A stretch of 64,000 bases of DNA from Octopus sinensis (Eukaryota). A model generated the notes under the pieces. It was not told where the DNA came from and made no database searches. It worked only from the letters and a program-made list of their open reading frames with translations. Numbering within the stretch: the stretch's first letter is position 1; every line of letters begins with the position of its first letter. This document shows positions 35,915-49,209 of the stretch, piece after piece. The stretch lies in assembly GCF_006345805.1 (NCBI RefSeq), contig NC_043007.1, forward strand, positions 16,678,001 to 16,742,000, in the 5' to 3' direction. The position numbers were made by a program, and so were the translations under genes.

Positions 35915-37010
35915 GATAGTAGGGGTGAGGATAATGATGATGATGGTGGTGGTGATGGTGGTAGTAGTGGTGTTGTTGATGTTGGTGGTGGTGTTGTTGT
36001 TGCTGGTGTTGGTAGTGGTTGTGGTGATGATGATGATGATGACAACAATGATGATGAAGATGGTAATGATAATTATGAAACTGATGACAATGATTAAGAT
36101 AACAATGAGAAGAATTATGAATATGGTAAAGATGCTACAGCTGCTGCTGCTGCTGCTGATGATGAAGATGAAGATGAATGATGAAGATGATGATGATGAT
36201 AATGGTGGTGGTGGTGGTGGTGGCGTTGGAAGTAAGCCGATGATGGTGATGATAGTGAGTGAGACTAATGCTATTGACATCACTAACCATGAATCAGTAA
36301 TAATGAAAAGTTAAGTGAGAGAGGGAGAGAGAGAGAAAGAGAGAGACAGACAGACAATGTGAGAGTTAACAGGTTCTAAAAAACCATAAGCCATACTTCT
36401 TCTCTGCCATAGGGAAGGGTGGGGGGGAACAACCCACCCAAAACATTTTTCTAGTCCCCACATATTATTGCACTCTGAATAACCTCAAACATCCTTTCAT
36501 TGTACAAACACAACTAGATCTCTCCCCAGTACCCGTCCACACACACAGACACACACTATGAGGATCACTATCACTGCCACCACCACTACCACCACTCTCT
36601 CTCTTCACCACCACCACCACCACAACCACTGCCACAGTCACCACCACTACCACCACCATCACAACCACTGCCACAGCCACCACCACCACCACCACCACCT
36701 TCACCATCACCCTCTCTTCACCACCACCACCATCACAACCACTGCCACAGCCACCACCCTCTCTTCACCACCACCACCACCTCCACAACCCCTGCCACAG
36801 CCACCATCACAACCACTGCCACAGCCACCACCACCCTCTCTGCAACAGTCACCACTACTACCACAACTACCAGTACAACCACCATCATGAGTACCACCAT
36901 CACCACCACCATCACCACCACTACCACTACCATTTCAACAACAACAAGCACCATCATCCACCACCACCACCAAGATCACCCTCTCAACACCACCACCACT
37001 TTTACTAAGG
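35915..37010. repeat. Trinucleotide low-complexity tracts (GAT/GGT)n 35915-36300 and (CAC)n 36570-37010
   Basis: Seen directly. Confidence 0.9.
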
Positions 37011-37339
37011 AAAGAGTCTTGCCAAACACTCACCAAGCCCCCCCTTACCCATCCACACCCACCACCGGGTGAACTCAATGTGAGGTTATCAATTCTAAAA
37101 AAGAAGACCCGAATTTTAAGTGAGAGGAAATGATAACACAATATGATATTTACCCCTTTCTTAAAAATGGGCGAATAATCTTTATACTGGTCTATATTTA
37201 CACAACAGTCTAAATTACACCATTTTTTTTGTTAAAAACTATTTTTGCTAATTGCTTCTATCAATAGACTGCTTCAGTCTCATTCTCAGACATTATTATC
37301 ACTGAGAGCATTCTTTCCTTTTTCACTATCATATTTGCT

Positions 37340-37730
37340 TAGACATACATATATATATAGGCATACATATATATAGGCATACATATATACATGCATACAT
37401 ACATACATATATACATACATACATACATACATGCATACACAGCCACATACATTCATACATATATACATACATGCATACATATATACATGCATACATGCAT
37501 GCATACATACATACACACATACACACATACATACATGCAAACAAACATACATGCATACATACATGAATACATGCATACATACATACATACATGCATGCAT
37601 ACATACACACATACATGCAAACAAACATATATACATACGTTCATAGATACATACACGCATGCATGCATTCATACATACATGCATGCATACATACATACAT
37701 ACAAAACACAGACACACACACACACATATA
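37340..37730. repeat. (CATA)n/(CA)n microsatellite
   Basis: Seen directly. Confidence 0.95.
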
Positions 37731-38790
37731 TATTGGGTTGGCAAGAAAGTAATTTCGGGGTCTTTTAGTGTGAAATAAAAGTCATTTTTTTTCATACAAA
37801 TAATGAACTTTAATCAATTATATATTTTTCATTTTGTTTGATGACCTTTTGCCCTCTTTCTGACAACTTCATGATTCTGCACTCATAGAACTTCTGGTCC
37901 TTATCAGCCAAAAACTGAAGCAAGTGTGATTTCAGGTCACCATCATTATTGAAAGTTTTACCATTCAAAGAATTTCACGAACTTCAAAAAAATGGTAATC
38001 TGAAGGTGCAAGATCAGGGCTATATGGTGGATGTGACATCACTTCCCAACCAAGCTCCAATAATTTTTCACGAGTTAGCAAAGACATGTGTGGTCTAGTG
38101 TTATCGTGGTGGAACACGAATCCTTTACGATTTACCAATTCTGGATGTTTTTCTTTGATTGCTTCCTCCAGTTTCATTAGTTGTTGACAGTAAGCATCTG
38201 AATTGATCGTTTGGTTCCTTGGAAGCAGCTCAAAATACACAACACCTTTGTAATCCTACCAAATTGACAGCATGACCTTTGTTGATGCAATTCAGCTTTC
38301 GATGTGGTCTGTGCTGGACCATAATCGTTTTTGAATGATGTTATGGTAGACAATCCACTTCTCATCACCAGTGATGATTTGTTTTAAAAAAAAGGTAGAT
38401 GTCATTGTGTTTGAGATGCATGTCACAAATATTGATTCGTTGTGTTAAGTGAATCTCTTTCAATTTATGTGGAACCCAAATATCAAGCTTCTTAACGAGT
38501 CCAAGACATTTTAAGTGATTTTCAATTGTTGTATATGGTACATTTAACCTCTCTGCAATCTTTCGCACAGTTCTATGACAATCAGATGCAATTATGGCTT
38601 TGATTCAGTCATCATCAACTTCAGTAGGTTGACCAGAACATTGGACATCTTTGAGTGAAAAATTTCCAGAATGGAATTTTTAAAACCATTTCTGACATGT
38701 GCATTCTATTAAGTAATCAACACCATAAATTTCACATATCTCTTTGTGGGCCTCAGCAGCTGTCTTGCCTTTATGAAAATAAAAGATATA
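37731..38790 (-). mobile_element. Decayed mariner, same family as 49210-50485, 5' end lost or interrupted by a Helitron
   Basis: One TIR TAttgggttggcaagaaagtaatttcgg. ORF 37965-38240 reads YFELLPRNQTINSD...FHHDNTRPH...HPPYSPDLAPSDYH. Confidence 0.93.
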
Positions 38791-38804
38791 TATATATAAA
38801 CACA

Positions 38805-39760
38805 CTAGCAAATGCACCCGTCCTTTTAGTGGTGTAATTTATTATAATGGTACACTCCTGTGGACGATTTAAGTTGAATTAGCTCGCAGTTAGAAGTCGT
38901 TTCAAGTGATAAGCGTAAAATGTATAATTACTATTTTCATTAGCAGCTTATGATATGGTATTAAGCAACTTAAATAATGAATAAATTTTCTTGAACACAA
39001 ATTTAGCAGTTAGAAATAAATGAAAGTCCATGAAATGAGATCACAATTGCAGTAGGTATTAGGAATCCTATATCTTACTCGAAGCGTTTTGTACTGTGTC
39101 CTAATTTTTCTCATAATGCCTGACACAACCGCATTGAAGTTTTTTTTTCAATGACAAGTCATGTGTGATAAAGAAAAGCAAACATTTATAGCAAACACAC
39201 AAATAGAATAACAGCATGTACAAAAATAAATGTCAGAGCACGCTTATGAGTGAACATTGTGCATGAAGTAAGAAGGGTCATTGAAGGTAATGTACTGTTA
39301 ACAGCAATCAGGGAAGTAAAGCAAAATAGCAATGAAATACTTGTAGGAGGTTTGATTGCTAATGGCTACAGTTTGGCATAGATGTGAAGAATGCAGTAGA
39401 GGAATATCTACAGTAGAGATACTTTGTAGATGATATTTTTGGCTTTACCTTCAGGAGCATACATGAATAAGTTGTCCAGATGGCCAACTCTGGAACAGCT
39501 GACATAGAACTCTCCATGTTAAAAGCATGATGTTCGAAGGTCCAATTCAACAGAAATGGCGGTTTTTCTGACACATGAAGCCCCATTACTCTATAAGCGA
39601 AAAATCTAAAGAGTGTAGAACCATCTGTGGAACATAAGTGATGTAAGTGCCAAGCATGAACGAAATCAGAAGAAAAATATTGATTTTAAGTGGGATCGAG
39701 TAAATGGCCTGTCACATACACACACACAAACACATCTTCCATCTTATATATATATATATG
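38805..39760 (-). mobile_element. Helitron deletion derivative with helicase C-terminus
   Basis: CTAG 3' end at 38805. The minus frame LDLRTSCF*HGEFYVSCSRVGHLDNLFMYAPEGKAKNIIYKVSLL* (about 39410-39545) matches PIF1/RepHel motif VI, FSHGQLYVACSRV. Confidence 0.8.
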
Positions 39761-39933
39761 TATATGTATAAAGTATAATTATAAAAATATAATAAATATT
39801 ATTACAATTATATTCTTATAATTATACTTTAAATATAAATTTAACCCATATGGTCTTTTTTGTATTAATTTAATGACTTTATCCTAATTATGTGTATATA
39901 CATATATATGTATATGTGTGTATAATTTTATGA

Positions 39934-40187
39934 TAAAAACTGAAAGTCTTGTGAAACACAACCACCTAGGGTTTCTGACTGAAGCATTAATTTATTTTGC
40001 CATTTTTCAAACTAAGAACAAACCATTTGTCAGTTGGTTTTTAAACAGGTGACATTTGAATAGGAATCCTTTGCGTAAAAAGCAACTGACAAATGGCCTT
40101 ATTCTCAGTTTGAAAAATGGCAAAATAAATTAATGCTTTGGTCAGGAAACCCTGGGTGGTTGTATTTCACAAGATTTGTGGTTTTTA
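39934..40187. repeat. Long inverted repeat (arms about 110 bp, loop about 32 nt)
   Basis: aagcattaatttattttgccatttttcaaact / agtttgaaaaatggcaaaataaattaatgctt core. Confidence 0.92.
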
Positions 40188-40783
40188 CTATAATGTTATC
40201 TTTGCTCTCTTAGCTGATCAAGTACTATTCTACTTGTTGAAGACTTACCACATAATATATATATATATTTACACACACATGCATATATATGTACATATAT
40301 ACATGCATGTAAAATCATGTTTTGAATTCTATTTTCCTGCTTGTATCACAAGACTTTAGCATGGAGATCAGATCTTTAGCCAGCATGAGCAAAATATTTT
40401 CACAATTACCCAAAATAAATGTTTAGTGACTCTGCCCACCTGAAAATGAGCTGAAGACCAGAAGTTCTAGGAACATTGAACTACATGTTACCATAACTCA
40501 ATATGAATTTCAAAGAATATCTAGACTATCATTTTTTCCCCCTTTTTTCCTTTTAGTAGAAAACAAACACAAGTCAATAAAGCACCATACTAAAATTTTA
40601 AAATAACTTTACAGTTATAATGATGATGACCTGTCATCATCATCATCATCATCATCACCTTCATCCTCATCATCATCACCTTCATCCTCATCATCTTTAT
40701 TTTATTGCTCATTTTCCCAAGATGCTTTTGGTTAGACATGCAGTTCAGTAGAATTAAAGAAATAAAGTGTATTAAAGAAATAA

Positions 40784-41020
40784 GGCAGCAAGCTGGTAGA
40801 ACCGTTAGCACACCTGGCGAAATGCTTAGCAGTATTTTGTCTGTCTTTACGTTCTGAGTTCAAATTCCGCTGAGGTCGACTTTGCCTTTCATCCTTTAAA
40901 GGGTCGATAAATTAAGTACCAGTTATGCACTGGGGTCGATGTAATTGACTTAATCCGGTTGTCTGTCCTTGTTTGTCTCCTCCATGTTTAGCCCCCTGTG
41001 GGCAATAAAGAAATAAGAAA
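40784..41020 (+). mobile_element. SINE family C
   Basis: Complete head, core gtcgactttgcctttcatcctttaaagggtcgataaattaagtaccag, A-rich tail. Confidence 0.85.
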
Positions 41021-41217
41021 TAAAGTGTATGTTGGTGTTTGTTTTGTAACAAAAGAAAATATCTGACATTCTTTTTTAATATCTTTTGAAGAAACGACTC
41101 AAATTCCATTTATTTTACATTTCACTCTGTAGACTCTTGTACAAACCTAGCAAACCCATTCACCTCGGGTTTTAGAGTTTATTATTGACTGAGTTTTAGT
41201 TTACATTTCATTGAGAT

Positions 41218-41456
41218 TTAACTGTTTAGCATTTAAACTGACCATATCTGGCCAAAGTATTTTGCCTCTTTTGTGTTCAAACTGGCCAGACCCAACATCT
41301 CACACCTACTCTGCAATGTCATAGTAAAAAAAACCAAAAAAAAACAATCACATCATTAAAACCCTGAAACCGCAAAATGATGCATGATTAATTCATAGCA
41401 ATGTAAATAAATAAGCATAACATATGACAGAGTAATCTGAATGCTAGAAGGTTTGA
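41218..41456 (+). mobile_element. piggyBac-type MITE, family 2
   Basis: ttaactgtttagcatttaaactgacc...gagtaatctgaatgctagaagg. Confidence 0.75.
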
Positions 41457-41861
41457 AGATTAAAATTCATTGAAATTTTGATTATAATTTATTGATTTTC
41501 AGTGATTCTGTTGAGTTTTAGAGATGGTATTTCACTGAGTTTTAAGGATTATAATTTGATTGATTGATTGATAGCTCTAGTGGTATCCCAGATTAAGTTT
41601 GTGCTAGTACAATCATTAATTTTTTTTACTGTGGAAAGCAGATATATCAACTCAGAACTTCATTACCCTTAACCGCAGCAAGCAGTTTTACACAACAACC
41701 TATTTTTGTTGAAAATGTCTTTTGAAATTATTTTCTGTTGAGATTTGTTAACTTTATTGAGACAACATGAGTTGGCAGAAAATATCAGTTCTATTTTTAG
41801 TAGATTTTTAACATTAATACTGGCTGAAATAACCATAAGAATAAATTTTGTAGTGAAAGGG

Positions 41862-42088
41862 TTAACCCTTTTGTTACTGTATTTATTTTGAGATGCTCTG
41901 TGTTTCTTTCAATTACTTTAAATATAACAAAGAATTTAGTAAAATGACTTAGTTACCATTAAGCTAGTGTAAGGAACATAATTGTGACTAAGGTTTGGTG
42001 GAAGATTTTAATTCAAAACTTATGAAAACAAGACATTTGTACTCAGGGCCAGAGCCAGTTTCAGCCGGGTTGGTATCAAAAGGGTTAA
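41862..42088 (-). mobile_element. piggyBac-type MITE, family 1 (inverted copy of 4454-4683)
   Basis: TTAA|CCCTTTTG...CAAAAGGG|TTAA; the internal sequence is the reverse complement of the 4454 copy. Confidence 0.9.
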
Positions 42089-42429
42089 TATCCAGATATC
42101 CAGTTAAAATATGGGCAAAACCAAGGCAAAAATTCCTCCAAAAATAGAAATAACAAACAAACGTGGAGCATCAATGCAATTACAATATGGAGTAAAGAAA
42201 AGGAGTGGGAAGAAAATCAACAGAATGAATAGATGTCCTTCATTAAGAGCAGCTGCTGAAACATTAGAGAGTTGTGTTTCATTTTGCTTTTCTTCATATC
42301 TTTTCAGGGATTCCTGGATATAATTTTAGCATTTAGCAATTATATGTGCCCTTGAGTTCATAACAGGATTTAAACTTCATCCCTTTAGGTAGATGACAGT
42401 ATCGTTTAGAGAATGTGTGGGCTGAAACT

Positions 42430-42735
42430 ATGCACCTTCATTGGTCAGTTAAAATTGAGACAGTGTCACGTGACAACTTGCTGAGGCTGCCTGCTGGAGC
42501 CTAGCAGTAGGTATTAAAAGGGAAAAATTTGACAAGACAGTCAGAGGCCCGTGACACTTGTTGATGCTACATCGAAGAGGTCAGGGAACAGAAGAAAGAA
42601 GACATGCACCCAACACCAGAACTGAAGACACCTCCAAAAGGTGGGGGGGGCACATCAAAACAGTAGAGGAGTAGGGGCTGAAACCGGACGTGGTTCTTCC
42701 TGATGATGTCTTGAGCTAACTGGATCCTATAAATC
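42430..42735 (+). repeat. Unclassified interspersed repeat (LTR-like), second copy
   Basis: See 12370-12690. Confidence 0.75.
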
Positions 42736-43147
42736 CATCTGGAATCCATAAAATAAACCACAGTAATACAATAATGCCAATTACACCAGCTATATTGGTC
42801 ACTCTCAAACACTGGTATTACACTTTGGCAAAAACTAAATTTTCACTGATCAAATGTGTCATTCAGCATTGAAAAGAGACATTCAGAGCTTCATGGTGTG
42901 CGGATGGAATTTGGGTTTGTTTCCAAAGTTAATTATCTGTTCACTTTGAAGTGTATTATTTATGAAAAACTGTTCTTCGAAAAGCATTCTTTTGAAATTA
43001 AAAGTTTTAAAATAAAATGAAAAAATACATGTATCTTTGTGTGTCTTTATATGTATTTTGTGCATAGAATTCAGAGTAGCATGTGAATGACTTTACTTTT
43101 ACTGTGGTGTTGAGTGCTCTTTTTTCCAAAAATCAACACTAAGTAGG

Positions 43148-43179
<32 letters not shown>

Positions 43180-43183
43180 TACA

Positions 43184-43214
<31 letters not shown>

Positions 43215-43215
43215 G

Positions 43216-43270
<55 letters not shown>

Positions 43271-43795
43271 TTATATATATATATATTATGTACATGTGAG
43301 TGGGTGGGTGTATTTCACCAGTAAATTATAAATCCGAAAGAGAAGCACACCCTAAGATATAGAGCAGGAGAGTATATAGAGAATGTTAGATTATAGGGTT
43401 ACCTAGAGTTTCGTGTCCATAAAGCGCTTAGCTTTACACATGTCTAGTCAGACCCTAATGAAGAAAGGTTATAGGTCACCAGCCATTAAGGTCTGATGAG
43501 ACATGTCTAAAGCTAATACTTTATGAATGCAAAGCACTTGGTAATCCTATGAACTGGCCATAACTAACATTCTCTAAATATATATATATATATATTTATA
43601 TTATTCGAAGTATTCAGTATTATATATCCATTTTGGCTGATCTTATCAATCAGTTTTGTGCTAGGGGTGCAACAAAGTGTTAGGTAACAATCCGATTATG
43701 TAACCCTGTACTCATCAGAGGTAGCTGTTATGGAATGAAATATGTGACCACTCTTATATATATATATATATATAATATATATATATATGTATATG

Positions 43796-43987
43796 TATAA
43801 ATTAGAAAAAAAACACCTTCTATCAATTCGATAATAAAAAATTAAATTATACCATCTAGAAAGTTACATATTATAGAAAGATTAAATATAAGATAAAGCA
43901 TTAATCTTTCTACAATATGTAACTTTCTAGATGCTGTAATTTAATTTTTCATTATCGAATTGATAAAAGGTGTTTCTAATTTTTATA
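43796..43987. repeat. AT-rich palindromic element in (TA)n; related copy at 53320-53520
   Basis: tataaattagaaa..cacct.tatcaattc... mirrored by gaattgataaaaggtg..ttctaat. Confidence 0.9.
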
Positions 43988-44085
43988 TATATATATATAT
44001 ATATATATTATATTTTGTGAAATTTGATTTATTATTTCTAAATTGAATTTTTCCCTGTAAGTTTGGAATAATATTCCCTCATATT

Positions 44086-44129
<44 letters not shown>

Positions 44130-44839
44130 TATAAAACATAAAAAAATAGGGATTTGGAATCCTTATTAGCACTCTGATATAGTTCAGATGTGGCTAACCA
44201 CATCGAATATTAGGGAACATGCAGAATTGTCTGAAATAAACAATTAAGTGGTACTTCATTCATTAGGTAAATCCCGAGTTTGCTTCAATGGATTTCATAA
44301 AGCTTACAAAGTGTACAAGAATCGAGACATCATGAAGAAGAATGGAGATTTATACAACTTCAACATTTATTCTTATGTTATGATTCTTATTAAACTCACA
44401 TTGAATTCCAATCGGACACATGTTTCTGCTACATAAATGTCCAAAAGTCCTTTGATGAGGAATTTAAGCATAGATTACACTTTGAGTTCCCAATAATATA
44501 TGGTGAAGTTCTACTAGCAATTGCTCATTTAATAGTTAATTTAGTGTTTTAGTGTTCTTATTCTTATCTAGAATGTACTCCAAGAAGGACTATCTGACAC
44601 TGAATTCCTGAGTTTGCCTCACCCACCCACCCACATGGATAAAACCTTGAACAAAGCTGCATTGCAATGTCTACCCTGGACAAATATGTAGCAACTGAAT
44701 GCACATAAATGCTACATGAAAGGGCATTAGGACACTTGTGCAGCAGAAACATGTATTGGATTGGAATTTAATGTGAATTTAATGAGAATAACACTGTAAT
44801 GAAAAGTTTTGAAGGTGTATAACTCTTCAGCCTTCTTTA

Positions 44840-44865
44840 TGCATGTTGTGTGTGTGTGTGTGTGA

Positions 44866-44900
<35 letters not shown>

Positions 44901-45178
44901 TGTATGTATGTATGTATGTATGCATGCATGTATGTATGTATGTATGTATATATGTGCATGTGTGTGTATGTATATGTGTGTGCATGTATGTGTGTATGTA
45001 TATGTGTGTGTTTATATATATGTATGTATGCATGTATGTATGTATATATATATGTGTGTATGTATATGTGTGTATATGTATATGTGTGTCTATCTATATG
45101 TGTGTCTATGTATATATGTATGTATGTATGTATGTATGTGTGTGTGTATGTATGTGTGTGTGTGTGTATGAATGTGTG

Positions 45179-45222
<44 letters not shown>
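44840..45222. repeat. (TATG)n/(TA)n/(TG)n microsatellite
   Basis: Seen directly. Confidence 0.95.
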
Positions 45223-45227
<5 letters not shown>

Positions 45228-45717
45228 GAGTTGGACAAAATAATGGAAACGCTTTGCATCATAGCATCATAATTTTGAAATATCTATAAAACCATCAAAA
45301 GCTTATATGTTTTTATGTTTTTTGATTTATTATTAGTATTGCTTAATATGGCTTGCTAAAATTGCTGGGTTTTTTTCAGAAATATCAAAAAAAGGTATTT
45401 AAAATCCATTAAAATGACAGATCTATTGGATTTTCAAAGCGGTCAAATTGTTGGTGCCTGCATGGCAGGTCTAGCATAATGAAAACAGCCGAAATGTTTC
45501 GTGTATCAAGAAGTACTGGCTCAAAAGTAATGACAGCCTTTGAGAAAGAAGGAAAAACCTCTTCGTCAAAACAAAACTCCAGAAGAAAACCAAAATTTTC
45601 AGATAGGGACCATCAGACCCTTATGCGAATTGTTAGAAAGTATCACAAAAGTACAGCTCTCAAAATTACTGCAGAGCTTAATGACCACCCCGAGAATCCA
45701 GTTTCCACAAAAGCTGT
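45223..45717 (+). mobile_element. Tc1-like transposon, left end only
   Basis: TA|CAGGAGTTGGACAAAATAATGGAAAC terminus. MTDLLDFQSGQIVG...KTAEMFRVSRSTGSKVM...SRRKPKFSDRDHQTLMRIVRK...ITAELNDHPENPVSTK is a Tc1 DNA-binding domain. Confidence 0.9.
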
Positions 45718-46434
45718 TTGTGTATATATGTATGTGTGTATGTATGTATATATGTGTGTGTGTGTATGTATGTCATTATTCAGTTTATTTCATGATTTCT
45801 TGCCAATAGAGAAAGAACTGGTTTCTAACGTAGATCCAAGGTTCTTTCATTGGAATTTCAGCATTAACAACAGGGTATTTTTGTATGTATGTATGTATGT
45901 ATGTATGTATGTAGGTATATGTGTGTTTATGTGTGTCAACGTTTAAAAAATCGTTTTTTCTTTGTGCAATATACAATGTGCGATATGAGGATGGTTTGCA
46001 TGAAATGTATGATATTACTGGTATCCGATGTGATGTTATTGATACAAATGGTTTTATATGAATATATATATAGATCCAAGATGATAATTAATCAGATTAA
46101 TGTTAAAAAATATTATGTCAAAAATATAAAATCCTTTAGTTTATTAAATCCATTAGTTGATTGGTTCAACTTTGAAGTCTCTGCTTGGAAGGAACTTCAC
46201 TAGTGTTACTCCATTTTCTTGCATGGACTTTTTATCCTCAGGTGACATCGGTATCTCAGTGTTTTCACTTTTTTCTGACTTTGAAAGTGTTTTCTCCCGA
46301 TGCAGATTTTCCATACTGGACTGAAAATATAAAAAATATAAATTTTGTTATGTTATATATTGTATTTATTTCATGTCATTACACAACATTACATTACAAT
46401 ATATTATATAATATTATATTATACTATATCATAT

Positions 46435-47092
46435 TTTGGCGTTAGGAAGGGCATCCAGCCGTAGAAACACTGCCAGATCTGACTGGGCCTGATGAAGCCT
46501 TTCAGCTTCACAGACCCCAGTTGAACTGTCCAACCCATGCTAGCATGGAAAGCGGACACTAAATGATGATGATGATGATGATGATATTTATTATATTACT
46601 ATATTACACTGTATTATATTTATTATATTACGTGCCACTGGCAAGAAAGCCAGTTAGCTGCTCTGGCAACCATCCGAGTGTGATCGTTGCCAGAGCAGCT
46701 AACTGGCTTCCATGCTGGTGGCATGTAATAAGCACCATTCGAGCATGATCATAACCAGCATCGCCTTATTGGCACATGAAAAAATAATTTGAGCGAGGTC
46801 ATTGCCAGTGCCGCTGGACTGGCTCCTGTGTAGGTGGCACATAAAAAACACCATTTGAGCGTGGCTGTTGCCAGCACCGCCTGACTGGCCCTCGTGCCGG
46901 TGACACGTAAAAATGCCCACAACACACTCTCGGAGTGGTTGGCGTTAGGAAGGGCATCCAGCTGTAGAAACTCTGCCACATCAGATTGGAGCCTGGTGCA
47001 GCCATCTGGTTCGCCAGTCCTCAGTCAAATCGTCCAACCCATGCTAGCATGGAAAGTGGACGTTAAACGATGATGATGATGATGATGATGAT
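46435..47092 (+). mobile_element. Two tandem RTE-LINE 3' ends (46435-46585 and 46630-47092)
   Basis: Each ends ccaacccatgctagcatggaaag(c/t)ggac..(GAT)n. Confidence 0.85.
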
Positions 47093-49011
47093 ATTTATTA
47101 TATGATAGATAATGAAGGCACATGCCCAAGTGGTTAGAGTATTGCACTCATGGTTGCAAGTTCGTGGTTTCAATTCCCGAACCAGGTAGTGTATTCTGTT
47201 CTTGAGCATATCACTTCATTTCACATTGCTCTATGATCACGATGGTATGTGGTATGTGGCACACCATGCAACTGTACAAGCAACGTTTATCTGATGGAGG
47301 GAGGGAACTGATGTCCAATACAATCATTTGATCACTCTTCACAAAAGCATCTGTGCAGGATGCACAGGAAGAATTTGCAGAACCCTTAACTGTCATTTAC
47401 AACAGGAGAGTCCACCATCACCACCAAAACCACCACCACCACCACCATCACCACCACCACCACTATATCATAGATACTAATTTTATAAATATTGGTGGGA
47501 ATTCACAAGTGGTGGTGGTGGTGGTAATGGTGAAGCTGGGGGTTGCTCAATGGTTTTGCAGAAATTAGTATTAATTAGTATTAATTAACCTTCTTTTGAT
47601 TATAGTCATGCAGCTCCTCTACAGCAAGGATCTGTCCCTATGCCCCCTTCTCTCACACTTTAACACCTCGCTTTCTGGCATAAAGATATCTCCTCAGTGT
47701 TCATAGTGGTGCAAACTGTATGGCACCCCCTCTAATGCTGGTGCAACACACACACAAAAAAAAACAACCTGTACATGCTATAGAAACCATGCCAAAGCAG
47801 ACATTAGAGCATGATGCAGTATTTGAACCTGTCAGATTCTGTCAAACCATCCTATGCATGCTAGCATAGAAACATGATGACGATGGTAGTGGTGGTGGTG
47901 GTGGTGATGATGATGATGATGATGAGGAAGAGGAGGAGGAGGGGGAGGAGGAGGAAGACTTTCGAAAGGTTTAGTAAAATATTTGCAATAATGCTGACTA
48001 ACTTAAATCACATGACATCGTTCATTTTATGATGAGATTTTAATTTAAGTATGAACAATTTATTATAGGGCAATATCAGGCAGATCTGCATTTAAAATGT
48101 TAAAAAACAGAACAGCATGCTATTTTAAGTAAAATGGCAAGCTTGTAATGAAAATATGACCTTTTAACTGAAGACAGTAAAGTCAGCTGCAGAACCCAAG
48201 GAAAGGAATAATGGCCTGCTTCCTTAATTAGCAAGTATAACTCAAGTATAACTAGTTTAAATGAGTAATTAAGTTGGTTTGCTTTGAGGATGATGGAGAT
48301 GGATTGGTGAAATTGCTAGAGGGCCAGGTGAGATACCTTGCAGTATCTGTTCTAGTTCTTGGTGTTCTGAAAACAGCAACACCTGTAATGACTCTAGTGC
48401 TAAGCTGTATCAGCTTATGTTGGCAGCTTTTCCTTTGGATAAAAATTGGTAGTGAGAATAGGGAAAACTTGCATGTATGATCAATTGCAAACCTGCTATG
48501 AAACAATCTTGCCAGGCCTACACATGCATATTGCAGAGACATAGGCAACATTGACATGTTTAAAAAAAATTGACAAAGTTCGTTGGAACGATGACTGAAA
48601 ATTGAAAGTGTATTATCTACATTTACATTTGTTACTTCTGATTGTAAGCAGGTGAATTCAAACTAAAATTTGACTGAGGACTGGCGAACCAGATGGCTGC
48701 ATCAGGCCCCAATCTGATCTGGCAGAGTTTCTACAGCTGGATGCCCTTCCTAACACAGTTTCATATAATTAAAAAAATATTTTGCTGAATGTTGATACTA
48801 TACACAGCTACCAATAGCAAAATAATTTAGGAATTTTATTTTATTTTGTGTGAGGAAAAAAACAAAGAGAAATATTTTAAATCTTATACTATAAAAGAGA
48901 AGCGGATCTCCATCTGTCTGTCCATCACAACATTTATTAAAGGGGAGAGAAAGAAAAGGAAGAGTCAAAATATACTTCACGGTGTATTTTTAGAAGAGAA
49001 GGAGACATACA

Positions 49012-49061
<50 letters not shown>

Positions 49062-49209
49062 AAGAGCAAGTGTGTGTGTAAGATAAATAGATAGGTAGAT
49101 AGTGTTGTCACTCTAGAAGCAAACAAGGGGGTGGGATTTTAAGTGCAATTCTGTGAACACAGCACAACACAGCTTCAAAAAATATAACAATATAGATTAT
49201 ATAACAATA

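Noticed and set aside
44451-44500. TTGATGA plus a 10-bp stem resembling a hammerhead
   Set aside because: GAAA and the cleavage triplet are missing (CAATA follows); at best a decayed remnant.
48337-48366. 30-nt minus-strand micro-exon candidate (HQELEQILQ) with AG/GT ends
   Set aside because: Phase 1, incompatible with the phase-0 K2P donor (phase 0 gives an immediate TAG); no other support.
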